Source: Octopus sinensis
Lineage: Eukaryota
Length of the DNA: 64,000 bases
Assembly (NCBI RefSeq): GCF_006345805.1
Contig: NW_021832384.1
Location: forward strand, 124,001-188,000
Direction of reading: 5' to 3'
A program made the position numbers and the translations under genes. How positions within the stretch are numbered: position 1 is the first letter of the stretch; each line of letters begins with the position of its first letter. The notes under the pieces are model-generated. The model saw nothing but the letters and a program-made list of their open reading frames with translations. It had not been told where the DNA came from and did not search any database. Positions 25,501 to 38,911 of the stretch are shown in pieces.

Positions 25501-28500
25501 TGTACATATGTATGTTTTTGTACGTATAGGTATGTTCGTGGGTGGATGTACGGATGTATGTTTTTCTTATACATATGAATACGCAGGTACGTATTTGGAT
25601 ATGTATATATATATATGCGAATATTTATTCATTGGTGGATATAAGTATAGGTTTTATTTGTACATATGAGTGCGCAGATATATATTTAAATATGTATATA
25701 TGTGTGTGCGAATGTTCCTTGACACAGGATGTGTGGAAATGATTGTCGTACTGAATAAAGACTAGAGCTAAATCTATCTTCCGTTTCCTTCATCAGTTAT
25801 TATTATCTCAACTAACACTGGATAATTCCTGATGTAAATCCAAAGGAAATATACCCATCTGTGGATGACACCAGGTAACCTAAACTGTGGAACGTGCTTT
25901 ACTCAGCACACTAATTGACTTATATCCATTAGTCCAAAAAATTTCACACACACACACACATACACCTATGTATATCAATAAAATGAATAGTAGACAAAAT
26001 AACAGGTTTGTTATATTTGACTAAAAACCCTGGAAGGCAATTTTTAGTCAAATACACCAAACCTATTATTTTCTATGCTATTTAGTCTAATGACTGAAGC
26101 CATTAGTGAAAGAACAAAATTACTAATAATATCTTTCTACCTTTATATTTCAGGCAAAAGGAAAATCAGACCACTTCTGGATCATCAGTATACTAGAATC
26201 TCAACAACAGATTAGGTAAATGTTATCTATATTCTCTCATTCTCTCATTCTGTCTGAACGTCTCTGTGTAATTGGCTAGCTGTCTGCCAGCTCACTTTCA
26301 TTATTGATTGAATTACTTTGATGGTGGTTCTGTCTCTTAATCCTATATATCTTTATATGTATATATATCTATGTATATATATCTATGTGTATATATATAT
26401 ATATATATAATATATATATATATAGGCGCAGGAGTGGCTATGTGGTAAGTAGCTTGTTTACCAACCACATGGTTCCGGGTTCAGTCCCACTGAGTGGCAC
26501 CTTGGGCAAGTGTCTTCTACTATAGCCTCAGGCCGACCAAAGCCTTGTGAGTGGATTTCGTAGACGGAAACTGAAAGAAGGCCGTCGTATATATGTATAT
26601 GTATATACATGTATGTTTGTGTGTCTGTGTTTGTCCCCACAACATTGCTTGACAACCGATGCTGGTGTGTTTACGTCAGGTGGTGCTCCAGTATGGCCGC
26701 AGTCAAATGACTGAAACAAGTAAAAGTAAAAAAAGGTAACAAAATTTTATGTGGACCCCCCCCCCCCCCCCCCGCCAAAGAAAAAGGCCATACGAACCCT
26801 GGTTGAAAACTACTGCTCTTGAGAAGCCTAATGTACAACCCAAGTTCCTGTATGACTCGTATCTGAAGTGCTGTTGCTACTAGAATGTGAAACAGTGAGA
26901 TTAATTCTGTGTTGTTACTTGATGTTGTTGACTAGATGCCAAATCTTTTTCAAGACAGCTTGTTGTCTAATACAAAACACGGACAGATACATTGAGTAAT
27001 GTTGTCCAAGATACACCTATGATTGGAAAAACAAAAGACAGGATTGTCACAGCTGGAATGCTCTTGATCATAATTTTCAATTTGATAGGGTCGTTTTGGC
27101 TAAAATAACATTTTAGACCAGCGTTTATTATCCTGAGGGTATGTAGACTCCTGAAGGTCTATGGATACCTGGGAGTCCACAAAGAAAGCAGTGATTGGTC
27201 CATGAGCTAAGTTCACAATTTGTTGAGTGGGCAGATCTTTCAAAAGTCTGTAATTAAAGAGAAAATTTAATAAATGGATAATGACATGGTTGAATTCCAT
27301 GGCTCTAGACCACACTCCCAATAGGAAACTTGTTCACTTGACTGATTGGCAAACCTTTAGTCCCCTGTGGCAAAAGTTTAAGTGGGTCAAAGTGGCCTAG
27401 TTGTCTCAGCTTTTTGTTCCTTTAAAAAATCTTTGTTCTTCCTTCTTTATCTCTCTCTCTTTATTTCAGATGTATCCCCTGTAAAGGTTCTCGGTTTCCA
27501 CCAACTCTTCCACGTCCTACGTTGAGAATGTTACCTCTGCAGATACCCATGTGTGAGCTCAGCACAGAGAAGAGCCAATATGAAGTATGTTTAGTGTTGT
27601 CGTTTACTTTCACTTTCGTTTTGTACACTTAACTTAATCTTTTTCTCAAATGGGGTTAAATCAAATGTTGGATCTTTACCTTTTGACCAACAGATTTAAA
27701 AAATAATTTTTTGCAACTAAACACTTTAAAACTTCGGACACTGGTAGAATATGTCATATAAAACATCTTTTACTCTTAGCATTTTTGAGAAAAACTTATA
27801 TTTATGAAGTTATTTCACGTTAAAGTTGTTCTATTTCAGTAATTTCAACCAATCAATGACGTGTATTCAGCTGAATAAAATTACTGCTGTTGTTTGTCTA
27901 CAAGAACTTCCGGCGGTGTATATTTCGTTTGTCACTGATATTTATGACAACCCTAACCCTAAAACCCTAACCTAAAACCTTAACCTTAACCCCTTAAAGC
28001 TAAAACCAGTACAAACACATGAATGATGTCATGAATAACAGTGACAAACAAAAAATACACCGCCGATAGTTGTTGACAAACAATGGCAGTACTTTATTCA
28101 GCTGAATACACATCATTGATTGGTTGAAATTACCGAAATACGAGAACTTTAACGTGAAATAACTTCCTAAATATAAGCTTTTCTCAAAAATGCTTAGAGC
28201 AAAAGATGTTTTATATGATACATTCTACCAGTATATGAAGTTTGAAAGTGTTTAGTTACAAAAAATTATTTTTTAAATCTGTTGGTCAAATGGGAAAGAT
28301 CCCAAATGTCAATTTTCACATTTACACATTTACAATTTTCACATTTACATAGAATCATCATCATCATCGTTTAACATCCGTTTTCCATGCTGGCATGGGT
28401 TGGATGGTTCGACTGGGGTCTGGGAAGCCAGGAGGCTGCACCAGGCCCTAATCTGATCTGTCAGTGTTTCTGCAGCTGGATGCCCTTCCTAACGCCAACC

Positions 28501-30468
28501 ACTCCAAGAGTGTAGTGGGTGCTTTTTATGTGCCACTGGCACAAGGGGCCAGAGGAGCTGGCATCAACCATGATCGGATGGTGCTTTTTACATGCCACTG
28601 GCACGGAAGCCAGTCAAGGCTGCGCATTGGCCACGTTTGGATGGTACTTTTTACGTGCTACCGGAATGGGGCTCACAACTGCAATTTCCATTTGATTTGA
28701 TTTTGATATTGCTGATGTTGATGTACTTGACTCAATAGGTCTCCTCAAGCATGGCGTGTCGCCCTATGATCCAAGATACTTTTAAGTGGGCTGGTTATGT
28801 GACACTAGTGTAGGTTACTGCTGTGGACTCACTTCATTTGCTGGGTCTTCTCAGTCACAGCATACCTCCAGAGGTCTCGTCTTTTGTCATTGCCTCTATG
28901 AGTCCCAACGTTTAAAGGTCATGCTTCACCACCTCATTCCATGTTTTCCTGGGTCTCCCTCTACCCTGGATTCCTTCCACTGTTTGGGACTGGCACTTCT
29001 TCACACAGCTCTCCTCATCCATCCACAGTACATGACCATACCAATGCAAATGTCTCTCTTGCATGCCACATCCGATGCTTCTTATGTCTAACATTTCTCT
29101 CAGGGCGCTTACACTCTGTTGTGTGTGCACATTGACATTACACATCCAGCGGATCATGCTAGCTTCATTTCTTTTGAGTCTACGTGAAGCATGGCAGTTT
29201 GCACACATGCATCATACAATCTACCTTTCACCTTGAGCAAGAGGCCCTTTGTCACCAGTAGGGGTGGAAGCTTTCTGAACTTTGCCCAGGCTGAACTGAT
29301 GTACGAGTAAACAAATAGATAAAGAGTTAACTAGGTGGGCATATAAATTAATATACTGATCATTCATTGATTTAGACCGTGGTCGAGACAATGGAATTTA
29401 CCATGCTACGCCAGACTTCACGGCCCGTCATAGCATTACGGAGGTCCTGTTGCTGGATGCCTGTATCCCTGGATACAGGCATCCAGGCGAGCTGGCAGAA
29501 TCGTTAGCACGCCGGGCGAAATGCTTAGCGGTATTTCGTCTGCCGTTACGTTCTGAGTTCAAATTCTGCCGAGGTCGACTTTGCCTTTCATCCTTTCGGG
29601 GTCGATTAAATAAGTACCAGTTACGCACTGGGGTCGATATGATCGACTTAATCCGTTTGTCTGTCCTTGTTCGTCCTCCCTGTGTTTAGCCCCTTGTGGG
29701 TAGTAAAGAAATAGGTATTTCATCTGCTGCTATGTTCTGAGTTCAAATTCCGCCGAGGTCGACTTTGCCTTTCATCCTTTTGGGGTCGATTAAATAAGTA
29801 CCAGTTACGCAGTGGGGTCGATATGATCGACTTAATCCGTTTGTCTGTCCTTGTTCGTCCTCTCTGTGTTTGGCCCCTTGTGGCTAGTAAAGAAATAGGA
29901 TGCCTGTATCCCTGGAGATTACATCAGGGTAGGAGAGTGTGCGCCCTCTGGTATCTGCCCAGGTGTTAATATAGTTTTTTTGTTTTTTTTTGTTTTTCAC
30001 TCTGTTTCAGGAGAAGTTTAGGCGTCTGAGTTTTGTTCAAAGTGCAATTGACCAGTGTGTTCAGCAGGGTGAAGAGGTGGACACCAGATATCAAGAGGAA
30101 GCTGTGAGGGGAATGAAAGAAGAACTCATGAAGTCGTTTGCTGTAAGTTTTTAACTGTTGCCTTTCTATTTCTATCTCTTTCTGTCTCATTTACTGTCTG
30201 TCTCATTTACTGTCTGTCTCATTTACTGTCTGTCTCATTTACTATTTGTCTGTCTCATTTACTATTTGTCTGTCTCATTTACTATTTGTCTGTCTCATTT
30301 ACTATTTGTCTGTCTCATTTGCTGTCTGTCTGTCTCATTTACTATTTGTCTGTCTCATTTACTGTTTCTCTGCCTCATTTATGGTCTGTGTGTCTGTCTC
30401 AATTTCTGTTAGTTTCTCAACTGTCTGAGTGTATGTGTGTGTATAAAATATATCTCTGTCTGTCTTAT

Positions 30469-30503
<35 letters not shown>

Positions 30504-33500
30504 ATATATATATATATATATATCTCACTTCCTGCCTATCTTTTATGTTGTTGTTTTCCCTGCTTGATCTGAATTATGCTCAAGACATTCCAACCATGAC
30601 TATCCCATCATTTTAGATGTATCTAGGACTACATTACCCAAGATAGCCGGATGTAATTTGAGGAAAATTTGGCTACTGTTTCTTGTAGGCTGAACAACCA
30701 AGTTACAGACTCTCGTTAAAGTGTGAACTGAGATTTGGTTACTATGTCTAGCAAGTCAAAAGGCTGCAAAGAAGCTTCTACTTGGGTGTAATTTGTGGAA
30801 GATTTAGCTAATATTTCTTGCAGGATCAGAAACCACACAGAAACTCCTTGAAGAGTATGATTTGAGGAAGTTTTAGCTACTATTTCCAGCAAATTGAGCA
30901 ACTACGTTGAGGCTTCTGGTGGAGGTATAATTTGAGCTGGCAGAAACGTTAGCACGCCGGGTGAAATGCGTAGCCGTATTTCGTCTGTTGTTACGTTCTG
31001 AGTTCAAATTCTGCCGAGGTCGACTTTGCCTTTCATCCTTTCGGGGTTGATAAATTAAGTACCAGTTACGCACTAGGGTCGATGTAATCGACTTAATCCC
31101 TTTATCTGTCCTTGTTTGTCCCCTCTGTGTTTAGCTCCTTGTGGGTAGTAAAGAAATATATAATTTGAGTGAGATTTGGTTACTATTTCTCACTGGTCAA
31201 ACAAAAGTGTACAAGCTCCTAGTGGCATGCAGTTTAGTGGGGGTGGTTTAGCTGCTATTTTTAGTACACTGCAAAACTACATAGAGGTTTCCATGTTGGA
31301 TCAGATTCTCTTGTTTTGTGGTTTTTTTATTTTGTTTTTGTCTGTGTGTCACTGTTTTCATTCTCTTCAATTTCTGTCTTGTAGCTTTCGGTGCGGTCGG
31401 AACGAGAATGCAGGGCTCTGGACATATGCGAGATGATGCCCGATGAACACACTCTGCAGCTGGCTGTCAAGTATGCAGCGAGACTGATGAGGATGCAACT
31501 TGCTGGACGCATCAATGAGATGGCTCACAAGCGGCGAATGGCGGAAGAGATGCGTCTTTTGAAGAGGAAGTTCAAAGCATCATACGGCTATGGAGTTCTT
31601 CTTCTTCTTCTGCTGAAGAAGAAGAAGATGGTGGTGGTCGTGGCAGTGATAATAATAATGATGATGATGATGATGGTACTGCTGCTGTGCGTAATAGGAA
31701 GAAGATTTTGGCTAAACAGAGGTAAATAGATGGGTTCAAGATGATGGTGACAAACTAAACTCGATTCTTCAATCAGAATCTTCATCTTTAATTGCATGTA
31801 ATAATCTAGGGATGTATATTTTCCATTTCGCTCTTTTACGAATGTGCTGTATGTTTTTACTGGTTATTCTTGTCCTGTATGAACCTTGTGTGGTAGAATT
31901 CTGTGACAAGCGTCTAAAATGTTCCAGCATCAAAACTGAAGAAGCTCAGGTACATTTCTTCTAGATCTTTACATTCTACATTCAAATTCCATTGGATTTG
32001 ACTGTCTCATGTACTGTCTGACTGTCTCATGTACTGTCTGACTGTCTCATGTACTGTCTGACTGTCTCATGTACTGTCTGATGTCTCATTTACTGTCTGT
32101 CTATCTTTCTCACTTACTGTCTGTCTGTCTCATTTTCTGTCTGTCTGTCTCATTTAATGTCTGACTGTCTCATTTAATGTCTGACTGTCTCATTTAATGT
32201 CTGACTGTCTCATGTACTGTCTGACTGTCTCATGTACTGTCTGACTGTCTCATTTACTGTCTGTCTGTCTCACTTACTGTCTATCTGTCTCACTTACTAT
32301 CTGTCTGTCTCGTTTAATGTCTGACTGTCTCATTTACTGTCTGTCTGTCTCACTTACTGTCTGTCTGTCTCACTGTCTGTCTGTCTGTCTCACTGTCTGT
32401 CTGTCTCATTTTCTGTCTGTCTGTCTCATTTACTATCTGTCTCGTTTAATGTCTGACTGTCTCATGTACTGTCTGACTGTCTCATGTACTGTCTGACTGT
32501 CTCATTTACTGTCTGTCTCAATTTTTGTGAGTTTCTCAACTGCCTGAGTGTGCGTGTGTATAAAATATATCTCTGTCTATCTGTCCTTCTGTCTGTCTCT
32601 ATCTCTCTCTCACTTTCTGCCTCTCTCTTATGTCATTGTTTTCCCATTTGCCTCTCTTTATGACTTTCACCCTTTATCTGTATTTGTTTCTGACTCTCCT
32701 CTTTTTCTCAGTACATGAGACAGACAGACAGACAATAAATGAGACAGACAGACAATAAATGAGACAGACAGACAATAAATGAGACAGACAGACAGTAAAT
32801 GAGACAGAGGGAGATAGAAATAGAAAAGTACTGATCAATTTGATTAAAATTCTTCAAGAGGAGGCTCCATTATGGCCACAGTCTAATGACCGAAACAAGT
32901 AAAAGAGAAAAAATGTTATTTTATATCATCATCATGATCATCATTGAGGTGATGAAGGGCTGTTGGTGGGGCAGGTAGTAACCATTCATCATTTCAACAA
33001 AATCTTTTTCTCTCTGGATATTAATTCTCGATTCCTATTTCCAGGCCAGACAACACGAAGAATAAAGTGCGACCAAATCTGGCCCCACGTCAGAATCCTG
33101 TCAAGGGTTCTGTTAATGGTTTGAAGAAGAAGCAGCGGAAGCAGGAGGAAGAAGATGAGGAAGGAGAGGAGGAGGAGGAGGAAGAAAAGGAACAAGTAGA
33201 GGAAGGGACGGAAGATCAGGAGGATGAAGCTGATGATGATGATTGTGATGATGATGGTGGTGGTGATGGCAGTGATAATGATGATGTTGATATGAAACAG
33301 AAGGGCTCAGAGAATGGGGATAACGATTCAGATGAGGAGAAAGAGAACAGCCTGGATGCTGGCAGTGGAACACCAAAGTCAGGTGAGTGGAGATTCTTTA
33401 TTCTTTTTACTTGTTTCAGTCATTTGACTGCGGCCATGCTGGGGCATCACTTTAAAGCATTTTAGTTAAACAAATCAACCCTCTGGACTTATTCTTTGTA

Positions 33501-36105
33501 AGCCTAGCATTTACTCTATTGGTCTTTTTGGCCAAGCTGTTAAGTTACGGGGACGTAAACACACCAACACTGGATGTCCAGCGGTGGTGGGGGACAAACA
33601 TGCACACACAAAAACACACATATGTACACAAACACACACACACAAAAACACACATATGTACACAAACACACACACACATATATACGACGGGCTTCTTTCA
33701 GTTTCCATCTACCAAATCCACTCACAAAGCTTTGGTCGGCCTGAAGCTATACCAGAAAACACTTACCCAAGGTGCCATGCATAGGACTGAACCCAGAACC
33801 ATGTGGTTGGGAAGCAAGCTTCATCTCACACAGCCACACCTGGTGAAATATATACAACTGTTGCACAGTGTCAGGACAATGAGGTACAAATGCATGTGTG
33901 TGTGTGTGTGTGCATACACTCACACACACATACATATATTCAAACACACACACACAAATGAGAGGCTTCTTTTAGTTTCCTTTTACCAAATCCATTAACA
34001 AAGCTTTGGTTGGCCTTGAGCTACAGCAGAAGACACTTTCTCTAAGCGCCATGCATTGGAACTGAACTTGGAACCACATGGTTAGGGAACAAACTCCTTA
34101 ACCCTTTCGTTACTGTATTTATTTTGAGATGCTCTATGTTTCTCTCAATTATTTTAGATATAACAAAGAATTTAGTAAAATAACTTCATTATCATTAAGC
34201 TAATGTCAGGAAGATAAATTGTGACTAAGGTTTAGTGGAAGATTTTAATTCAGAATTTATGAAAACAAGACATTTGTACTACAGAGCCAGTGTTGGTTTC
34301 AGCATGAGATGCGCAGGAGTGGCTGTGTGGTAAGTAGCTTGTTTACCAACCACATGGTTCCGGGTTCAGTCCCACTGCGTGGCACCTTGGACAAGTGTCT
34401 TCTATTATAGTCTCGGGCCGACAAATGCCTTGTGAGTGGATTTGGTAGACGGAAACTGAAAGAAGCCCGTCGTATATATGTATATATATATGCGTGTGTG
34501 TGTTTGTGCGTCTGTGTTTGTCCCCGTAGCATTGCTTGACAACCGATGCTGGTGTGTTTATGTCCCCGTTACATAGCGGTTCGGCAAAAGAGACCGATAG
34601 AATAAGTACTGGGCTTACAAAAGAATAAGTCCCGGGGTCGAGTTGCTCGATTAAAGGCGGTGCTCCAGCATGGCCGCAGTCAAAGGACTGAAACAGGTAA
34701 AAGAGTAAAAGGGAGAGTAAAGAGAGGAATGTTTGAAGGATTGGCGAAAGCGATGTGGTTGACAACGAAAAACCTGGCTGACGACAGTCAAGGCTGATCT
34801 GGAACCCAACCTAGGCCCCCATGTCTATGGCATTCGCCGCTGAAATAGGGAGTGGTTGGAGATCACGCGGTCATTAGCCTCAAATCGCCAGGTCTGGTCG
34901 GCGTTTGTGAGAGATGCAGCATTGAGGATGAATGAAGCCAGCTCAACCCATCCAGGGTGAATGCTGCTCAAGTCAAGTCAAGTCTGGTTTCAGCCTGGTT
35001 GGTGACAAAAGGGTTAACCACCCAGGTGCACATATATAAGTTCAAACACCACTGGAGCTGACTTTTGTTTTCATTCTTTTGGGGATCAATAAAAATAAAT
35101 ACTAGTCATGTACTGAAATAAGTCTAATCAATTTACTCCCTATCCTAAAGTTGCCAGCTTTGTGACAAAATTTGAAATCTTTAAAAGTACCTGTTGAGTA
35201 CTGGGGTCAGTGTAATTGACTTAACCTCTCCCCGAAATTGCTGGCCTTGTGTCAAAATTTGAAATTATTATTATGTGAAGGTGCATGGCTCAGTGGTTAG
35301 AGTGTTGAGCTTACAATTGTGAAGTTATGAGTTCGAATCCCAGACCAGGCTGTGTGTTGTGCTCTTGAGCCAGACACTTTATTTCATGTTGCTCCAGTTC
35401 ACTCAGCTGTAGAAATGAGTTGCAATGTCACTATTGCCAGGCTGTATCAGTCTTTGCTTTTCCATTGGAAAACACTGGTGGCATGGAGAGGGGAGGCCGG
35501 TATGCATGGGCAACTGCTGGTCTTTCATAAACAACCTTGCCCGGACTTGTATCTCGGAGGGTAACTTTCTAGGTGCAATCCCATGGTCAGTCTTGACCGA
35601 AGGGGATCTCAGTATTATTATTGAGGCAGCAAGCTGGCAGAATTGTTAGCATGCTGGGCAAAATACACAGTAGTGTTTTGTCCGGCTCTGTGTTCTGAGT
35701 TCAAATTCTACCCTGGTCAACTTTGCCTTTCATCCTTTTGGGGTCGATAAAATAAGCACCAGCCAAGCATTGGGGGTCGATGTAATCAACTTATCTCCAC
35801 CCCTGAAATGACTAACCTTGTGCCAAAATTTGAAATCATTATTATTATTATTGAGTGAGAGAGCAGTGCATGCCATCAAAGTGACACTGGGGTAAAATAT
35901 ATGAAGCCCAGTATACTCATCATGACTACCCGTCTGATAAGGGTACACCAGGCACATGCATTGCAACCATATGTGGGTGACATATCAAGATAAACAGCAC
36001 ATTACCTTGCAGGTGGGGCACAGTTAGGATTTTTTTCTGGTTGAGTAGCCCATCCAGCTCAAAAGGTCCTTGAATAAGGGTTGTTTAAGGATTATTATTA
36101 TAATA

Positions 36106-36140
<35 letters not shown>

Positions 36141-38868
36141 CTTTATCGTTATTACTTCTGTTTCTTTTGTGTTGCAGCTAAAAGAGAGAAGAAGGGCACC
36201 TTATCTCCAAGAGTTTTCCCCTCATCAAGCACTGTAACAAACCCTTTCAAAGTAAGACATTTAAGGGTTTATATGTTTTGGAGGAAGAAATGATCACTTC
36301 ATTTGTTTACTTTTAGTTGTTATGATTTTCTGTTTTTAATTATATCGTTTTCATTTTGTAATCCCATACACCCCACAAATCCCTTAAATTCCATAAATCT
36401 CGTATATTCCATAAATCTCATAGATCTTGTAAGTCTCATAAAATCTTGTGAATCTTATAAATCCAACAAATCCCATAAATATCCTAAATTCTCTAAATCT
36501 CTTATATCCCAGGAGTTCCATAAATCCCATAAGGCAATGAATCGACAGAGTTGTTTGAGCATAGATTAGAATGCCTTATGGTTCTATTTGTTCTGACTCT
36601 CTCTACCAAAGTCAACTTTGGATATCATTCTTTTTGGAGTTGAATGAATGAAGTACCAGTTCATGGTGTTTATATTGGTGTATAAATTCTTATTCAGTTC
36701 CAGCATATTTCATTTGTCTGAGGTTGGTTAATTGAATTCCTGTCATGCTCAGGGAATCGATGTAATGGACTGACTATATGATACACAGTCGTGCTCTAGC
36801 TTGGCCATAGTCCCATGATTGAAATCCGGTGAAGAAAAGACTTTGTATGCTCTTCTACTCTTTTATATGTTTCTGTCATTTGATTGTGGCCATGCTGGAG
36901 CACTGCCGTAAAGGGTTTTTTACTTTGTAAGCCTAGTGCTTATTTTGTCAGTCCCTTTTGAAGAACTGCTAAGTTACGGGAATATAAACACACCATTAGC
37001 TGTCATGCGATGGTTGGGGGACAATCATAGACACAAAGACACACACAGATGACTATATATCTAGTATATATAAATAACAGGATGTGTGTGCATATTGACT
37101 ATTTCCACAATTCTCAACCGATTTTCACCAAACTTTACATACACATTACTTATGTCCCAAAGATGGTCATGCACTTTTACATTTTGACAAATTGGGAAAA
37201 ATGGTGCTTTACACAGGTTTTTCTCTTATTCATTGTATGTACATAGTTTTTTTTTGTATCTAGAGTCTCCCATACTTTTTTAATCTATATGGTCATATAT
37301 TGGAATTAGAGAATATTTTTTAGTGGTTTTCACATTTTAAAAATTTACTATTTATTTATATGTTGTAATTGTATGTTATTACTTTATATTTTTATGTGTG
37401 TATTGGTGTCGTATTTTATGAATAAGTGTTTGGGTTAGAGAATATTATAAAAGTGAAAGGATTTTGTCTATTTATTTATTTGGACCGTTTCCATATTTTT
37501 AAAATCTATATGGTTGTATATTTGCATTACAGAATATTTTAAAATTGTTTTCACACTTTTTCGATTTATTATTTGTCTGCCTTACAATGCGACATCTTTT
37601 CACTTTGAACTGCTAAAGATTCTCTCTCTTTTACTCTTTTACTTGTTTCAGTCATTTGACTGCGGCCATGCTGGAGCATCGCCTTTAGTCGAGCAAATCG
37701 ACCCCAGGACTTATTTTTTGTAAGCCTAGTACTTATTCTATCGGTCTCTTTTGCCGAACCGCTAAGTTACGTGGACGTAAGCATACCACCATTGGTTGTC
37801 AAGCGATGTTGGGGAACAAAGAAAGACACACAAACATATACACACATATACATATATACTATGGGCTTCTTTCAGTTTCCGTCTACCAAATTTACTCACA
37901 AGGCTTTGGTCGGTCCGAGGCTATAGTAGAAGACACTTGCCCAAGGTGCCACGCAGTGGGAATGAACCCAGAACCATGTGGTTGGTAAGCAAGCTACTTA
38001 CCACACAGCCACTCCTGTAACCAACCTTCAACCTGATTCTCCATTCCTAGGATTGAAAGCAGTATTCGAGAACTGAAGTCAAACTCTTCATGTCTTCATT
38101 TTTCATTGCCTGAAGTGTATGATCACTCTGAAGAATTTCAGAGTGATCATACACTGTAAGCACACAGCAGATACATTCCTTTAACTCTACTTTTTCAAGT
38201 AGGTATTATATTGTCATTTTTGAAAGTGAAAAAATAGCTCCCTTTTCTGTTGAATAAAATAAATTCGCTGAGGGGCAGTTTCAAAGTCTTCCTTCAATTT
38301 CTTTACACCATTTATGTGGCTGTTTCTGACAAGAAATTTTGCTTTCTTGTAAAACAATTATATTTTGTAGTCATTATCTGTAATCTATTCCCAAAACTCT
38401 TCAGTAGCTCTACTTTGCATTGCTTGCAAATTTATGTGTTCTCAGATCATTAAAGTGCAACGACCTTCACCGTAACCAGCCTTCAATCTGGTTCTCCATT
38501 CCTCGGTTAATCAGAAACAGAGATTGCCGTGTTACTCATAAACCTTCTTCGTAGTTGAATTATTTGGTAAAAAAATACCACCAAAGCAATTTAAACCATC
38601 CAAAGGACGTGTGTGTTTGCTAGTACATATGTGTGTGTGTATTCTTTTATTCTTTTATTTGTTTCAGTCATTTGACTGCGGCCATGCTGGAGCACCGCCT
38701 TTAGTCGAGCAAATCGGCCCCAGGACATATTCTTTGTAAGCCTAGTACTTACTCTATCGGTTCCTCTTGCTGAGCCGCTAAGTGATGGGGACGTAAACAC
38801 ACCAGCATCGGTTGTCAAGTGATGTTGGGGGAACAAACACAAAACACACACACATATATATACGTGTG

Positions 38869-38911
<43 letters not shown>

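Noticed and set aside
27951-27997. Interstitial telomere or fusion scar
   Set aside because: Short, degenerate, and the centre of a TSD-flanked MITE.
30660-31270. Recurring ttt(g/a)g(c/t)tactatttc motif at irregular spacing
   Set aside because: Looks like a decayed repeat; no consistent period or structure to support a functional claim.
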